Below, one piece after another: positions 48,151-60,871 of a stretch of 64,000 nt of DNA; the stretch's first letter is position 1, and every line of letters starts with the position of its first letter. The translations under genes and the position numbers were made by a program. The stretch is from Podarcis liolepis (taxonomy: Eukaryota). A model generated the notes under the pieces. It searched no databases. It was not told where the DNA came from and worked only from the letters and a program-made list of their open reading frames with translations. Location: NCBI GenBank assembly GCA_965112155.1, contig OZ218104.1; one strand, given 5' to 3'.

Positions 48151-48781
48151 CATACAATGCTGTTGAGCTCACATCTGAAGGTATAAGAACACCAGCCCCG
48201 TTTCCTATAGTAATGCTCAGAGCATTCTACATCTGGTCTCAGCAATCAACACAGCAGCCTTGCAAGGCATGTATCCCTATACTATCTCTGTGCACAAGAG
48301 GCTAAGACCAAAAGAATAATGTTTTTTCCTGATGGCCAGCTATCCAGCACATGGGAGGCAAACATGGCAAGTGTGCTCTGAGTGGGCAGGGATAGGTCTG
48401 GTGTACATTTCCATGATGCACTTAAGTATCTCTTGCTTGGATTGTTCAGCCTGGGTCCGTGGCGACTCAATTTCAGCCCTAGAGGAAAATTTAGGGCAAA
48501 CATTTTATTCTGTCATTTTTTTAAAAAAGGGGGAAGTTTTAAAAGAGGGGGGAAAATATGTTCTGTCCATCATTCTTCAAGGAAGAGAAAAAATTAGTTT
48601 CCAATTATCGTATCTAAAATTCATGATTCCTCCTAAATTTCTGACTAATCAGGGATATCATAAGCCTAATCATTTAAGGTAATTATCTAAAAAAATGTAA
48701 TTTGTTCTATATTTCAAAACATAATGAGCTCCCAGGCGTATCCAGAATGGAAAGATGGTGAAAGTTACAGATGTTACTGCC

Positions 48782-48782
<1 letters not shown>

Positions 48783-48830
<48 letters not shown>
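48783..48830. repeat. (GA)n microsatellite
   Basis: Direct observation. Confidence 0.95.
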
Positions 48831-48832
<2 letters not shown>

Positions 48833-49158
48833 CCTCCTCTCTCTTTTTCTCTATAACAACATGCTGTAGATAAAAATGGGTGCTCTAATTCCAGCTAATT
48901 TGATGCAACGGGCCAGGAGAAGCATCTGTGGTTGTGTCCAACCTGTGACACGCTGCTCTTCAGGTAAGAGTTCTGACACCAAGCTGAGGGTGTCATCATC
49001 AGATAACTGACCACACATAATGAGGAACTCAATAAACATCAGAACATCACACTTAAATGCTGAAGAAGAAGGACTTTGGACCCACTAGCAGTTGACTAGG
49101 GGGTAAATCTATTTTTATATTGCACCACTTCAGACTGCAGGTGTGGGGGGGATGTCAC

Positions 49159-49530
49159 AATACAGAATACGATACGATAATCTTTATTGTCATTGTCCCA
49201 TATAGAACAACGAAATTGAAAAATCTACATAAAACATTCAAAACCTAACAAGCCTGCTATCCCAGCTATCTCAACCTGGTTAGCCCCCTAAAAACTCTGA
49301 TACCCCATTTTTAAATACAATATACTCCCATAGAGACTCCTTACACTGCCTTTAAAACCAAAATCGCTGTTTCTCAGGCGGCTAGTCCTAGTCTTTATAA
49401 CCCTGTACCTTCTTCCAGAAGGCAGAAGCTGAAAGAGATCATTTCCGGGGTGCGCACTATCCTGCGCTATCTCTGCAGCTTTCTTATGGCACCTGGAAGC
49501 ATAGATTTGATCCAAGGTGGGAAGAATGCT
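49159..49530 (-). mobile_element. Rex1/Babar LINE 3' end
   Basis: Minus ORF LPTLDQIYASRCHKKAAEIAQDSAHPGNDLFQLLPSGRRYR is the Rex1 C-terminal signature. ACAATGACAATAAAG plus short tandem tail. Confidence 0.85.
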
Positions 49531-50263
49531 CCTCCACAGAAACAAAGTTCCCTGCACATAGAAAAACAGCATGTCTGGAGTGGGGGTGGGAGGTGGGGAG
49601 AAGAAGGCAAGGCTAGAGCTGTTCTCCCGGTACACTAGTTTTCTACGTGCAGGATTTAGAAATGTTGAGGCGGGGGTATTGGAAAGCATTCAGCCATAGG
49701 AGCACCCACATCACATGCAACGGAAGTAGTTTAGCTCAGAAAGTTTTGTTTCCATGTCTGCTGTCTAAGGGTTTGTTTGCTGGTCCAGATGCCCCAGTGG
49801 GAAGCCCCCAAGCAGGGCATGAGCACAACAGCAGCACTCTCCCCATCTGAGCAACTGGCATTCAGAGGCACACTGGCTCCAATGGAGGAGGGAGAATGCA
49901 GCCATTGAGACTAGCTTGTGAACGCCAGGCCCTGAAGTGCATTTTCCCTAGGAGTGGCTACAAATAGCCATCAACTCTCCATTCAAAACAGCTCCATTCT
50001 TGACCAGGCAATTTCCACCCCCCAACTTATTAAAATAATGTTTTCCCTAGAATTTCTCAAGATGTTTCCCCTATGCATAAGAGACTCAAATCCACCTCTG
50101 TGTTCCCCTTTTCCCTTCCCCTTTCCCCCCTTTCATCTTCTGCACCTGCCAAAGGAAAGTGGAAGTCTTTCCCCACCAGTCCCCAATTGCCAGTGGAGGA
50201 TTGGAAGGTGACACAAAGGAGTACTGTGGAGCTTTATACAAGCTGGGTCTGTGAAGTTGCCCT

Positions 50264-50411
50264 NNNNNNNNNNNNNNNNNNNNNNNNNNNNNNNNNNNNN
50301 NNNNNNNNNNNNNNNNNNNNNNNNNNNNNNNNNNNNNNNNNNNNNNNNNNNNNNNNNNNNNNNNNNNNNNNNNNNNNNNNNNNNNNNNNNNNNNNNNNNN
50401 NNNNNNNNNNN
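50264..50411. other. Assembly gap (148 N)
   Basis: Run of N. Confidence 1.
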
Positions 50412-51182
50412 GAACACCGTCCTCTACTGAGATCAATGCTGTGCCCGAAACCGTTTAGAAGAGGTACATGTGCCCCTCAAAATCTCTTCCCCGAGTTCCT
50501 CACCCGCTTGGCAGTTCATGTCTGCAAAGTGTTGAGGGGTGTGTGTGTGTGTGGAAGCCAAGCTGATCGAGCCCCCTCTCCTCCTGAGCCCTTGGAGAGC
50601 CACTGCCCATCAAAAGGTGGGGCTGCCAGGCCGCAGGAGGGTCCGGGGGCCTGGCCGAGTCAGAGGCAGTTTCATCTGCTCACATAACCCCATTGACTCG
50701 AGGCTCCCATCCATCTTGCGTTTAGCTGATGTTATTATGATTCTCACGTAAAAGGAAGACTAATGGATTTCTTCCTTGAGGCAATTAAAAAGTGATTTGT
50801 CACCCGCCAAGATGTATGGCTTAGTATCGGCAGATATTACTTTGCTGTGCCACTGACTGAGGCGGGGTGGGGGGGAGAAAGAGAGCGAGAGAGAGAGAGA
50901 AAGACGGAGAGCGAACACATTAGGGGGTGACAGGGAAGTTCAGCTTGTTGCTGACAAAACAGGAAAGGCCTCACTTGGCAACTTTCATCACCTTTGAGAA
51001 CCAGCCACAGCTGGTAGAGAACTTTTGCAAGGGCAGTGGCTGGGGGGGGGGGAGAGATGTTGCCAAGGAAAGAAGCAGTTCAGCTCTTTGCAGATGTCCC
51101 ATCCTTGTGTCAGGGGGTCAGTGCTGTCTAGACCTTGAATCTGAGGTCCCCCTGCTGGACACCCCCTGCTACAGTACCAGAG

Positions 51183-51643
51183 TGTTAGAATTCCTGCTCC
51201 ATGATTGCAGTCATGGGATTGTTGTCTATCACATGATGGTATATGTTTTGATTCCACAAAGTGGGAAGTGATGGTGACAGGATGTTTGTGTTACTGGATG
51301 TTTGTGTTACTGTGTTCCATGAAGTGGGACTATTGTCCTTTGTTCTTTTTCTCTTTGCTGTCTGATTCTAGAGAGAGAGAGGGAGCCATGTTACAGTGCC
51401 CTGTGTGTGTTTATATGTAAATAAAGTAGATTAGCCAAAATGATGAGTTGCTGAGGTCTGTCACACGAACTGCGCAGACTCTGTGGATCCCTAAGTGTGC
51501 CGGTGTCTGTTGGCATCGGTCGCTGTGATGTTCGGGCTGAAGAAAGCTTTTGAAGCTCCCAATCAACCAGGAGGGAGAGAACATGCCAGTCGGGCATGTG
51601 CCTCTGCCAGGGTCCTACTCGAGTGTAGGACGAGCTCCTGACA
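51183..51643 (+). mobile_element. Solo LTR, 461 bp
   Basis: TGTTAGAA...TCCTGACA ends. 5-bp TSD CAGAG at 51178-82 and 51644-48. AATAAA at 51420-25. Confidence 0.8.
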
Positions 51644-53756
51644 CAGAGGTTCCCCCTGGTTGGGGGTTGAAGGATACCCGGAGGAGGCTCATAGAAGACA
51701 CCTAACCCTGATGGACGCTCCTTAATATTGGCTTTGGGTTCACTCTAAGAATAGTTTCAGGGTTAGGGTTTGATTCTGTTTGCATCAGAAGCCAGATCTG
51801 TCAAATTCACACTTTCCAAAACAATTGTGCGAACCGAAATGTAGCCATCCTAAAAAGAAAACCCTACACTCATCTGAATTTTGTGATGCAGCTCTCTGAC
51901 CAACCAACATTTACAGAAATGCACGTTATGGGAAAGTGTGTATAAAGGTAGTAGAGAAAATGACAACAACAACAAGAAGAACAACAAAAATGCATTACAT
52001 TAGGAGAAATTGTTTGGGGAAAAACATGCACATTAGTCAAAATATCAAAGAATAATGTGCTTGTAAGGTGAAAAGCCCTCTACAATGTTGATGAATTTTC
52101 ATGAGGATTTTTCTTTAAAAAACAAACAAAACCCAATTGCTGCAAAATGTAGAGAATTGAACTTAAGACGGGGGAGGGAGGGAGAGAGAGAATCAGAGAG
52201 AAGTGAACTTGTCGGGTCATGACACCCATGAATGCTGGCTTTGGGTTTGTTGGCTGCAGAATCCAAGGTTGCCAGTTGGATCATCTGCATTTCAATGAAT
52301 GGCTGCAGTTTGGCCATTTGGGGGCGTCATCCCCATGATTGGAGCCGTGGTTAGGGTAGCCACCAGTACTTCCTTCCTGTCTGCGAGAGGAGGCCTTGCA
52401 CTTTCGTGGATCAAAAGGGCCCTTGTTAATGCACATGGTAACCTTCCCTTTCAAAATCCTTTGATCCCCTCAAGGCTCCTAGCTCATCAAACTTTAAAGG
52501 ACTGGCATTATTTCTGAGCACACAACAATACCAAAGTTCAAGGCACATCTTTTTATCGCTCTTAAAGAAAAAAGAAAAGGAAAGGAAAACCCTGGAACTT
52601 TAAATCCAAAAACGGAGCAGTAAGCAAACGTTCTCCAGCTTTCGCCCATTAATGGTTCATAGGGATATTTTCTTAAAAAGGAAGGAGACCCCCCCTCCCA
52701 GTTTCCTTTTTTTTTTTGTAGCAAGTGACCTTGTGGTAACCTTGCAGCCTCAACGCTGCCGCCCTCCCCTTTTCTCCATCTCCTTGGGGGGAGATGGCTT
52801 GAAAGCAGATGAAAGACCCTCCTCCGCTCTTTGGGGTTGTTTTATGGAACTTTCTGGGCCTTTAAAAAAAGAAGAAGAGGATGTCGCAGCACATCAAAAC
52901 CCTTCCCGCACATAAAGGGAAGCAAGCGGAAATCACTTGATATTAAAAAACACACACCAAAAACCTTTGCTGAAGGTGTCTTTCCTTTACTTCCATCAAA
53001 TATTGCTGGCGTCCAGGATGCTCCTCTTTCTCATTTTAAACACAGCTCTTGAACGTCACCCAGGCACCCTTGAGTGATGTAACTCAGGGCCAGTTACGTT
53101 CCCCATATAATGTTGCCTGGGAGATGGGCTCCTATACGCCACTCCAGAGACAAAAGGCATAATCTGTGAAGGACTTACACTTTAGCTTTCCTATAAATCA
53201 CCCAGAGGAGCCCGCCTGGATCCCTCGGTATTTTCAGAGCGCCAGTGTATTAGCTACAGATGACCCCAAAATCTTGAATCCCTTTCCCACCAGAGCCGGG
53301 GGTTCCAAAACTCCCAGTTCCTAAAGCGAAACTGATGGGATTAGGAATGCTCTGTGTGGTTCTGTTTGTTCTTATTTTTGGCTTCCCAACAAAGCCTCGT
53401 GGAAAGGCAGTTTGCCACACCCCACCTTCCGATGATTCATCTCTTCCAACAAACTCAAAACTACCAATGCAAGCAAATGTGCATCGGTAACAACACTGCA
53501 AAACTGTCATCTTTTTGTGGTTGTACATACAGAGCTATTCTCCTGGTGGAGCACCAACAGATCAGTGAAACAACAGGCCCTGGTGCATTGGCTGATCCAG
53601 CAATGGTCTAACTTTCTTATGCCCCATTGCTGGCAGGGTCCTGGCTCATGGGACTGCGGCTCTCAAAACCGCTTTTCACACCAGCTTTCTACACTATTTT
53701 GAGATCACTTTTTCAATCATACCTTGTTCATTAATTCAGAATCTATATCAAAAGTA

Positions 53757-54100
53757 CAGTGGTGCCTCGCAAGACGAAAAGAATCCGTTCTGTGATTCTC
53801 TTCGTCTAGCGGTTTTTTTGTCTTGCGAAGCAAGCCCATTGATGGATTAGCGGATTAGCGCTATTAGCGCTATTAGTGGCTTTTAGCGGCTTATCTGCTG
53901 ATTGGATCAGCTGATAAGCGGCTTAGCGGCTTAGAAAAAGGGGGGAGGAGGAAAAAAACCAGCAGGAACTCACAATACATTGTCGTCTTGCGAAGCAAGC
54001 CCATAGGAAATTCGTTTTGCGAAGCACCTCCAAAACGGAAAACTCTTTCGTCTAGCGAGTTTTCCGTCTTGCGAGGCATTCGTCTTGCGGGGCACCACTG
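53757..54100. mobile_element. pogo/Tigger-like MITE (fourth family, young)
   Basis: TA TSD. 22-bp TIR CAGTGGTGCCTCGCAAGACGAA with one mismatch. Repeated CGTCTTGCGA and TTAGCG motifs. Confidence 0.92.
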
Positions 54101-54967
54101 TACTCCAACACCCTACAATGCCTGGGCAAACTGGCTCGTCTTTGCTTGGCACCAGAAATATAAGTGTCTGCGCCAAGGGGAACATTGCACATTCCCACCA
54201 TGGTCACTTTCACACTCAGCTTTGACAGGCAGCCCTGTGCAGTTTCCGTGGCTTTGGTCCTTTCAGCTGCTATTTCAGCTGCTCCTATTGTTTATGCCGA
54301 TTTACAGTTTATGGCTGTTTTAATGGCTCTTATGTAATTTCTGATCTGCAGGCCACCCCGGGGACCACGGCGATGGAGGGCGGGCAGTAAATCTGCGCGA
54401 TAGATAAATAAATTAAGCTGAGTGCGCCTCTCATGTTTGTTTTAGACACTCTCCTGCTCAAACTAAAATCCAGGTGGCAGATCACAAAACGGCAGCAGCA
54501 GAAGGACGAGAATGGAACTGGGGGGAAGTAAATCCACTTCATTGCATCACATGGAACTCTGTGTGACCAGAAGGCATTCCTTTGTCTTCCTCTCCAAAAA
54601 AGCAGCTTTGGTGCCACGGAGGATGCCATTTGGATCAGGGCTTTGCCCTAGGGCTTCTTTTTGCAGGAGAAAGAGGAATGCCAGTCCCGGAAGATCCAAC
54701 ACTGTCAGCCCCTTTAAGGCTCCCGGGTGTGACCATAAGCCTTTGCAGAGACAACATCTTTCCAAATGCAGCCAGTAGGGTGCCTTGGTAGCTCCTTGGA
54801 CATGGAATTTATGGCCATTTCCCCCACAGTCCCAATACCGCAGCAAAGCAAGACACTCAAAAGAGGAACCAAAATTCGTTGCTCTCTCAGTTGCGCCAAT
54901 GGAATGGCCCTGCAGTCCTTCTCCTGCAGCCTGATGAGGCGAACGGCTTCTGCAGGTAGGAGTGTGG

Positions 54968-55050
54968 GGAAGGGCCATAGCTCAACAGCAGAACATTTGC
55001 CTTGCATGCAGGATGTCCCATATTTAATCGCTAGCATCTCCAAGTAGGAA
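54968..55050 (+). mobile_element. Squam2-like SINE 5' half
   Basis: GGGAAGGGCCATAGCTCA...TTGCATGCAG...GCATCTCCAAGTAGG. Confidence 0.55.
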
Positions 55051-56916
55051 ATCTTGAAGATTGTGGGGAGTGGCTTTCATTCATGCTGCTCCTAATGCTG
55101 GGAGAGGGCCTTGCATTGCAATACATACCCTCTGCTCCTGAGCACTGCATCCCCACCCCAGCCCTCTCCCCTGACCAACTTCTCCTGGAAACCTGGCCTG
55201 ACTTCCAGAGGCAGCCATGCAAATCATTTCTCCTCTCTCCCTCCTCCCGCCGCCCAGCTTATCGGTGTCCTTCGCCGCACTCCCAACACTTACGCTCGAA
55301 GGGAAACTATTTGTAAGAAATATTTCTAATTTGCAGGCCTGTTTTTCACCAACTATTGTTTTCCTGAACAAGAGACATTTATTAAGATTAATGCCAGGAA
55401 AAATCAGATTCTTCTTTTCTCTGATTTCCCCCAGGCCCTCCTTGCACTTCCCAGTATATTGATGGAACAGAGGGCCTGCAGGAAACTCAGAGTTTTCTCA
55501 TATAATAGATATGCTTTATATATAATGTACTAGCTAAGGGCCCATCAGTATGACAGGCAGTGAGGGGTGTTGAACCACCTTCCTCATGGCCCCAAGCGCC
55601 CCTCCTCCAGCATTTAAGCCAATTTATGCACCAATCTGAAACCTAACATACTTAGGAGTAAATCACTCTCTTTCTTGCGAACTCCTCCTGGCCTCTCTTC
55701 TTCCCTGCTTTTACTCTTGGCGTGCTAGTGCCTAAATGGCTCTCATATTCTGATCCCATCCCGGCCTCAGTCCACAGTGTCATGGCCCTTCCAGCTGCCA
55801 TTGGCTCAGTTGCTGTGATGTCACAGAGGGTGTGGCTGCTTGAGCACTTGGGTGGGCGGAGAAACTTTAGAATATGGAGCACACGTTCCACAAGAATGTT
55901 GTGTGGAATTAACATGATGATCTAGGATATGGAGTCACTGTGGAGGCCCCAGAGGTGAGCCACGTGGCTCAAGGTGGGTATGGAAGATGCTCCAAGGGCA
56001 GCAGGCAAAGGGCCCAGGAGAACAAAACGTGCAAGAGATGACATCTCAGAAGAAGCCAACGAAGGAGCTGGGTGGTGCCATTCGAAACAGGGTGGTGGAG
56101 GTGTTGCGACAAGAAGGTCAGGTTCTATTAGACAGCTGTACCAGGCAAGGCCTCCTCAGGTGAACAATTTTGGAGGGCTTTACAGGTGATGGAGGAGAGG
56201 TAGTGGTCCTGCAGCATCTCTGAAGTCCAGGGCTCCATCTGTCAGGCTCATGGATGAACAAGTAGCAATTGTAGGAAGGTGGAAGAGCTATGTGCTGGGC
56301 TGGTGAGACCCACCACCCCCAGAACTTTCCATGGCTCCCCACGGAACAAGCCATGCCTTCCCAACCCATGACCAGGGGACAGTGGTCCATCAGAACAAGG
56401 CCTGTTTGAGAAGACCAGCCATGCTCTTCTGCCTTGGGAGAAGAACCCCAAAGGAATGAAGTGTTCACCTTCGCCAGATTCGGATGCTCATTTGAATCTA
56501 GAGAGAGGTGGTTTGGGAGCAGAGCCCCTCACTCCTGGTTCCTTTGCCTGCAGCACTGCCAGCTCTTTGAGAGCATCATGAACAGGCAACTGGTGCAGAT
56601 CCAATGCTTTTCTCTGCCACTCCAGAGTGTTGTATGCCAACCACGGCACTGCATTCATGGGCAACAAAAGAGTTTGGGGGTTTATTTCCCGCCGCCGTTC
56701 TTGTCATCATCTCAGCTCCACGCCGAGCCGCTTGTTTCTCAACAAACAAAGCCCCAGCCTCAAAAGCAGTGGCACATTGCTGCAATTTGTCTCTTTTATT
56801 ACATTTTGGAAGAAAGGCACTTCTGTATGAATCGGGAGCCGGCAGAATCAATGAATTCCCAGTCTGTTATTCTGTTTATGATTGAGCTCTTGAGTGAGAT
56901 GCTCCCTGCCGTGCTT

Positions 56917-56917
<1 letters not shown>

Positions 56918-56962
<45 letters not shown>
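56918..56962. repeat. (GT)n microsatellite
   Basis: Direct observation. Confidence 0.95.
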
Positions 56963-56966
<4 letters not shown>

Positions 56967-57081
56967 ATTTTAAGATGAAGCCATTGAAAGGGAGGGCAGG
57001 TGTGAACTAGGCTGCTTTGTGTTGCTGCTCTGCCTGGTAGGGGTGAGCTGGACTTCATGGGAAACACCAAACCATGATATA

Positions 57082-57262
57082 GGGGAAGGACCACTGCACA
57101 TCAGTGGGAGGGTGTCTGGCTTGCAAAAAAAGAAGGTCCCAGGTTCAATCCCCAATGGTAGAAGACCCCTTGGCTGAAACCTTGGAGGGACACTGACAAT
57201 TAGCACAGACAATACTAGATGGAAGAACGCTCTGACTTGGGTACAAAGCAATTGGCTGTGTC
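57082..57262 (+). mobile_element. Squam2-like SINE
   Basis: B box GGTTCAATCCC. CTGAAACCTTGGAG...AGACAATACTAGATGG. Confidence 0.6.
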
Positions 57263-58540
57263 CATATCTTCTTAATCACCCCCCCCCGGGTTTCTGCACA
57301 ACTCATTAACTGGACCCAAAACCCTCTGTGAAAGGGGTACATGGCAGTTTGTGGCAACAACCCACCACACAACCTCCTGGCCTTCATAATGCAGTAGAAT
57401 AATTGAATGGTGCACTCCTGAACTGGCAGGGTGAAGTGTACCACGTCAGACAGCTGGTGGGGGGGCTCTTTCTATAGCTTCTAGTAGTGTGCCCTGTTGA
57501 AAACAAAAAGCAAAACAAAACAACCCCCCCCCCCAACAAACATGAAAGAAAACTAAGGCACTAGGGAGAAATGTCCTGGTTCAGCTCTTGTCTCCTTCTT
57601 GGAGATTGCTTTTTCTTTAAATAAAAGTCGGCAAGCATTTTTTTTTAAAGGAGGGGGGCTCCCCTGGAGTGGCATAGCCCAGTTTCCCACGTTTGGACTC
57701 TTGTCTGTCCTGATCTGGCTTTCTCTTTGGGTCAAGTCGACTGGTCTACAGTGGGCAGCACCAATGCTGAGAAGCTGTCGGTGGCCTCCCCAAATTTTCA
57801 GGTGATAAAGCAACCAAGACTGTGCTTCCACCTGCCATTTCAGAATGACATCCAATAACTCTCCTTTTCTCAATGCAGCCTGAGAGATGCACCCCTGAGC
57901 ACAGAGTAGGAAGCATATATAATATCAGCTTCCTACAGTTCTCTCCTGCTCAGCTGAGTGCCATCCCAGCACCCGACAGAAGGAGAAAAAACGTTGGAGG
58001 GGATGAATGCTGACAGCTCAATATGAAGAGCTATAGAGGTCTCGCGTACAAGAAGGCTACAGGCTGACAGCAGATATTAAACACCAGGGATGGTGGCGAG
58101 GAGGACTTCCTCCTGGTCTTCACCAGGAGGAGGGGGCTCGTGCGGTGCTGGTGGGGAAGAAACTCATTTTGTCAAGAATGCTAGACAGCTCCAGCAGTCA
58201 AGGGCGGGGAACCCCTTTCAGCCCCAGAGCTGCATTCCCCCATGGGCACCTTCTGGGTGGTGGTGGAGGAGGCTAGAGCAAAAATGGACAGAGGCCAAGA
58301 GGTACAACCGGGACCGTGGTGCAGGAGGCTACGTCAACTGTGCAAAAGCCAGATGTTTCTACAACCCATCCACACACTTTTCCATCCTGGCAAACAAGAA
58401 GTTCCATTTCAGTTCCAAGACAAATGCAACCTTAGAACTTGTGGACATCCAATGGAGTCAAACATTGGAAGATTTGGGGCAGATAAAAGAAATGACTTTA
58501 TTCAGAACCGTGAGGGCTTGCATCTTGCTTCATATTTTAT

Positions 58541-58672
58541 AGGAAGGACTGCTGTCCAGTGGCAGAACACCTGCTTTGCATGCAAAAGGTTCCAGCCTCC
58601 AGGCTCACCATCCTTGGAGTCTACAGGTAGGACTTGGAAGGACCACTGCCTGAAATCTCGGAGAGTCGCTAA
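58541..58672 (+). mobile_element. Squam2-like SINE fragment
   Basis: CAGTGGCAGAACACCTGCTTTGCATGCAAAAGG...CTGCCTGAAATCTCGGAGAG. Confidence 0.55.
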
Positions 58673-60139
58673 CAGTGAAGAGGAAAGGGTCTTCAACATT
58701 TGCTACCATTCCTCATCTGCCAGGGCATTCCTGAAAACCACAGGGCACTCTCTGGACACATTCTGGTTTTTTTTGGGGGGGGGGCGCGGCGGCACTGGAC
58801 AGATGGGGACGACGACCAGCTTTTTTATTATTAAAAAAACACACAAATTATTTGCAGACTCTGCTGCATGTTTACTCAAAACGAAGACTCACAGTGGAGT
58901 CCAGTGAGGCTTCCTCCCCTGGAGACTCCAGGAGTCTTTCCCCCTTAGGAGTGTGCAAAGGGTTGCCCGTTTAAAGTGCTTTGAAGCACAATCCTTTCCC
59001 ATTTTCATCCAGCCCCTGCAAGCAACCTCACCAAGAAGCTGAATCTGCCTTGCGAGGTTTCAATAATAAGTACAACCAGCTCCATTGTGAACCAAACAAT
59101 CTAGTAAACAGTCTTGTGTTCTGAAAGACAAGCACTCTTAAAACACACACACCACTGCACATCTCTTTGAGAAGCTGACGCAGGGTCATTCTACAGAGGA
59201 TTAAATGAATGCAAGCCATGCCGAGTGGCGAAAAGTTTTTGGCAGTGTGCGACGTGGAGGCAGCGTCCCTCAGATCTGAGGTGTTACAAATCCACAAAAG
59301 TATCTGGCTTGCATCTGAGAAATGCTGGGAGCCACGCCATTCTGGTCTGCAATAACTCGCGATTTGTGGGGTTATTTAAGGACAAGGGACACCCCCACCA
59401 CCATGCCTTGGCTGGTGTCACCAACACGTGCTGGCACAATGACCATAGGAAGGGGAGCCGTGTGGGTGGAGCTTTCTGCAGCGCCCCCCCCCCCCGTGCA
59501 CCCAATATTCCACCTGGTCAGATATTCTGGAATCTGTGTCATTGGATTTGGGTTGAATCCTTATCCCCAAATGGCTCAATGGTCTGGTAAATCCCCAACT
59601 CCTAAGGTGTGAGAAACACATCAAACTAATGGCTTCCTGGCAAGGTGTGAAGATGGAGATTTGGGCACATTTGTCATTAGCTACCTGATCACCACCTCAC
59701 CCAATCCAAAGCCGAGAATGAGCACAACTGGAGATGCAAAACTCTGAAGGCTGCTGACAGATTCCCCCCCCCCCCCAGAAACCCACCATTTCATGCTTCT
59801 CTGACTGCTCTCTGCCTCAGAGGAATCTCGGCAGCTGGCAAAGAAGCCTCCTGTGAAAAGCTTTGCAGGCCTGCAAGCGGTGGGCGCATCTCTCAGGCCT
59901 CCAGAGCTCCCACCCCATTAGTGCTGGTGAGGTGAATTTGGGAAGTGTCCAATCCACAGGGAGTCCAGGGTGCCCAGGCCTCTTGCTGGGGGGATTCCAC
60001 GTTCAACACCCGCCAGCATTTTGCTCTGTGGAAGAAGCTGAGCATTTAATAAGAGCAAACAGCCCTTCAGGAGTAAAATAATCGCAGGCATCCAGGCATC
60101 CAAAGTGCTTTCTCTCTCCCTGCCACCGAGCGATAAAGA

Positions 60140-60405
60140 CGTAAGAAGAGACCTGCCAGTGGTCCATCTAGTACAGCATCCTGTTCTAACAGTGGCCAAC
60201 CAGATGCCCCAGTGGGAAACCCACAAGCAAGATTCGAGCACAAGAGCACTTTCCCTTCCTGTAGCTTCCAGCAACTGGTATTCAAAAGCAGTGTTGCCTC
60301 AGACTGTGAAGGAAGAGCATAGCTATTGTGTCTAGCAGCCGTTGATAGCCTTCCCCTCTATGAATCGGTCTAATTCTCTTTTAAAGCCATCCAAGTTGGT
60401 GGCTA
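60140..60405 (-). mobile_element. CR1 3'UTR fragment
   Basis: CAGCATCCTGTTCTAACAGTGGCCAACCAGATGCC...AAAGCCATCCAAGTTGGTGGC. Confidence 0.75.
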
Positions 60406-60419
60406 GCCCAGCCCATTGC

Positions 60420-60871
60420 AGTCAGCAGCCCCCTATTCAATGGAGGTTTGGGACACAGCATCGAATGAAGAGGGAATGGCTTCCAGAGCAGCCCTGGCGA
60501 CTCACCTCCCTGTTTTGCCCAAAAGCGAGCACTCCTCCTGCGAGTACTAAGGTCTCTCCTTCTCTCAGACCTTAGTCTCTGCAGCTCGGGAGACGTTGGT
60601 GGGCTACTAGACCCAGGAGCCGCCTCAGCCTCCCCTGACCCAAACGGTAGTGGAGCAGCTGTAAGTGATGGCTCAGCTGAAGGCAATGAGGTAATCTGGA
60701 GCCAGGGCAGGCTCAGGCCCCTGACTCGGCCCTGCTGGTATTTGTTGCAGGGGAACCTGTGCAGACTGGGACTCTTCAGGATCAAGCCCCAGACTTGGTT
60801 CAGATGATACCTGAGGCAAAGGTGCAGACTGAGTCCCCTCTGGTTCCGAGTCCAAGTCCCAGGCCATCACA
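60420..60871 (-). mobile_element. Partial LTR-like element
   Basis: Minus strand begins TGTGATGG and is GC-rich with LTR-like composition similar to 26622-27407. Second end and TSD not found. Confidence 0.45.

Noticed and set aside
50073-50687. 204-aa ORF
   Set aside because: Spans the N gap, so it is an artefact.
54923-54956. CCTGCAG-C-CTGATGA...CTGCAGG looked like a second hammerhead
   Set aside because: It has CUGAUGA and a possible stem I but no stem II and no GAAA, so the core is incomplete.
58242-58907. Longest ORF in the track (221 aa)
   Set aside because: Runs across hAT, CR1 and SINE remnants, has no recognisable domain, and looks like a chance ORF.
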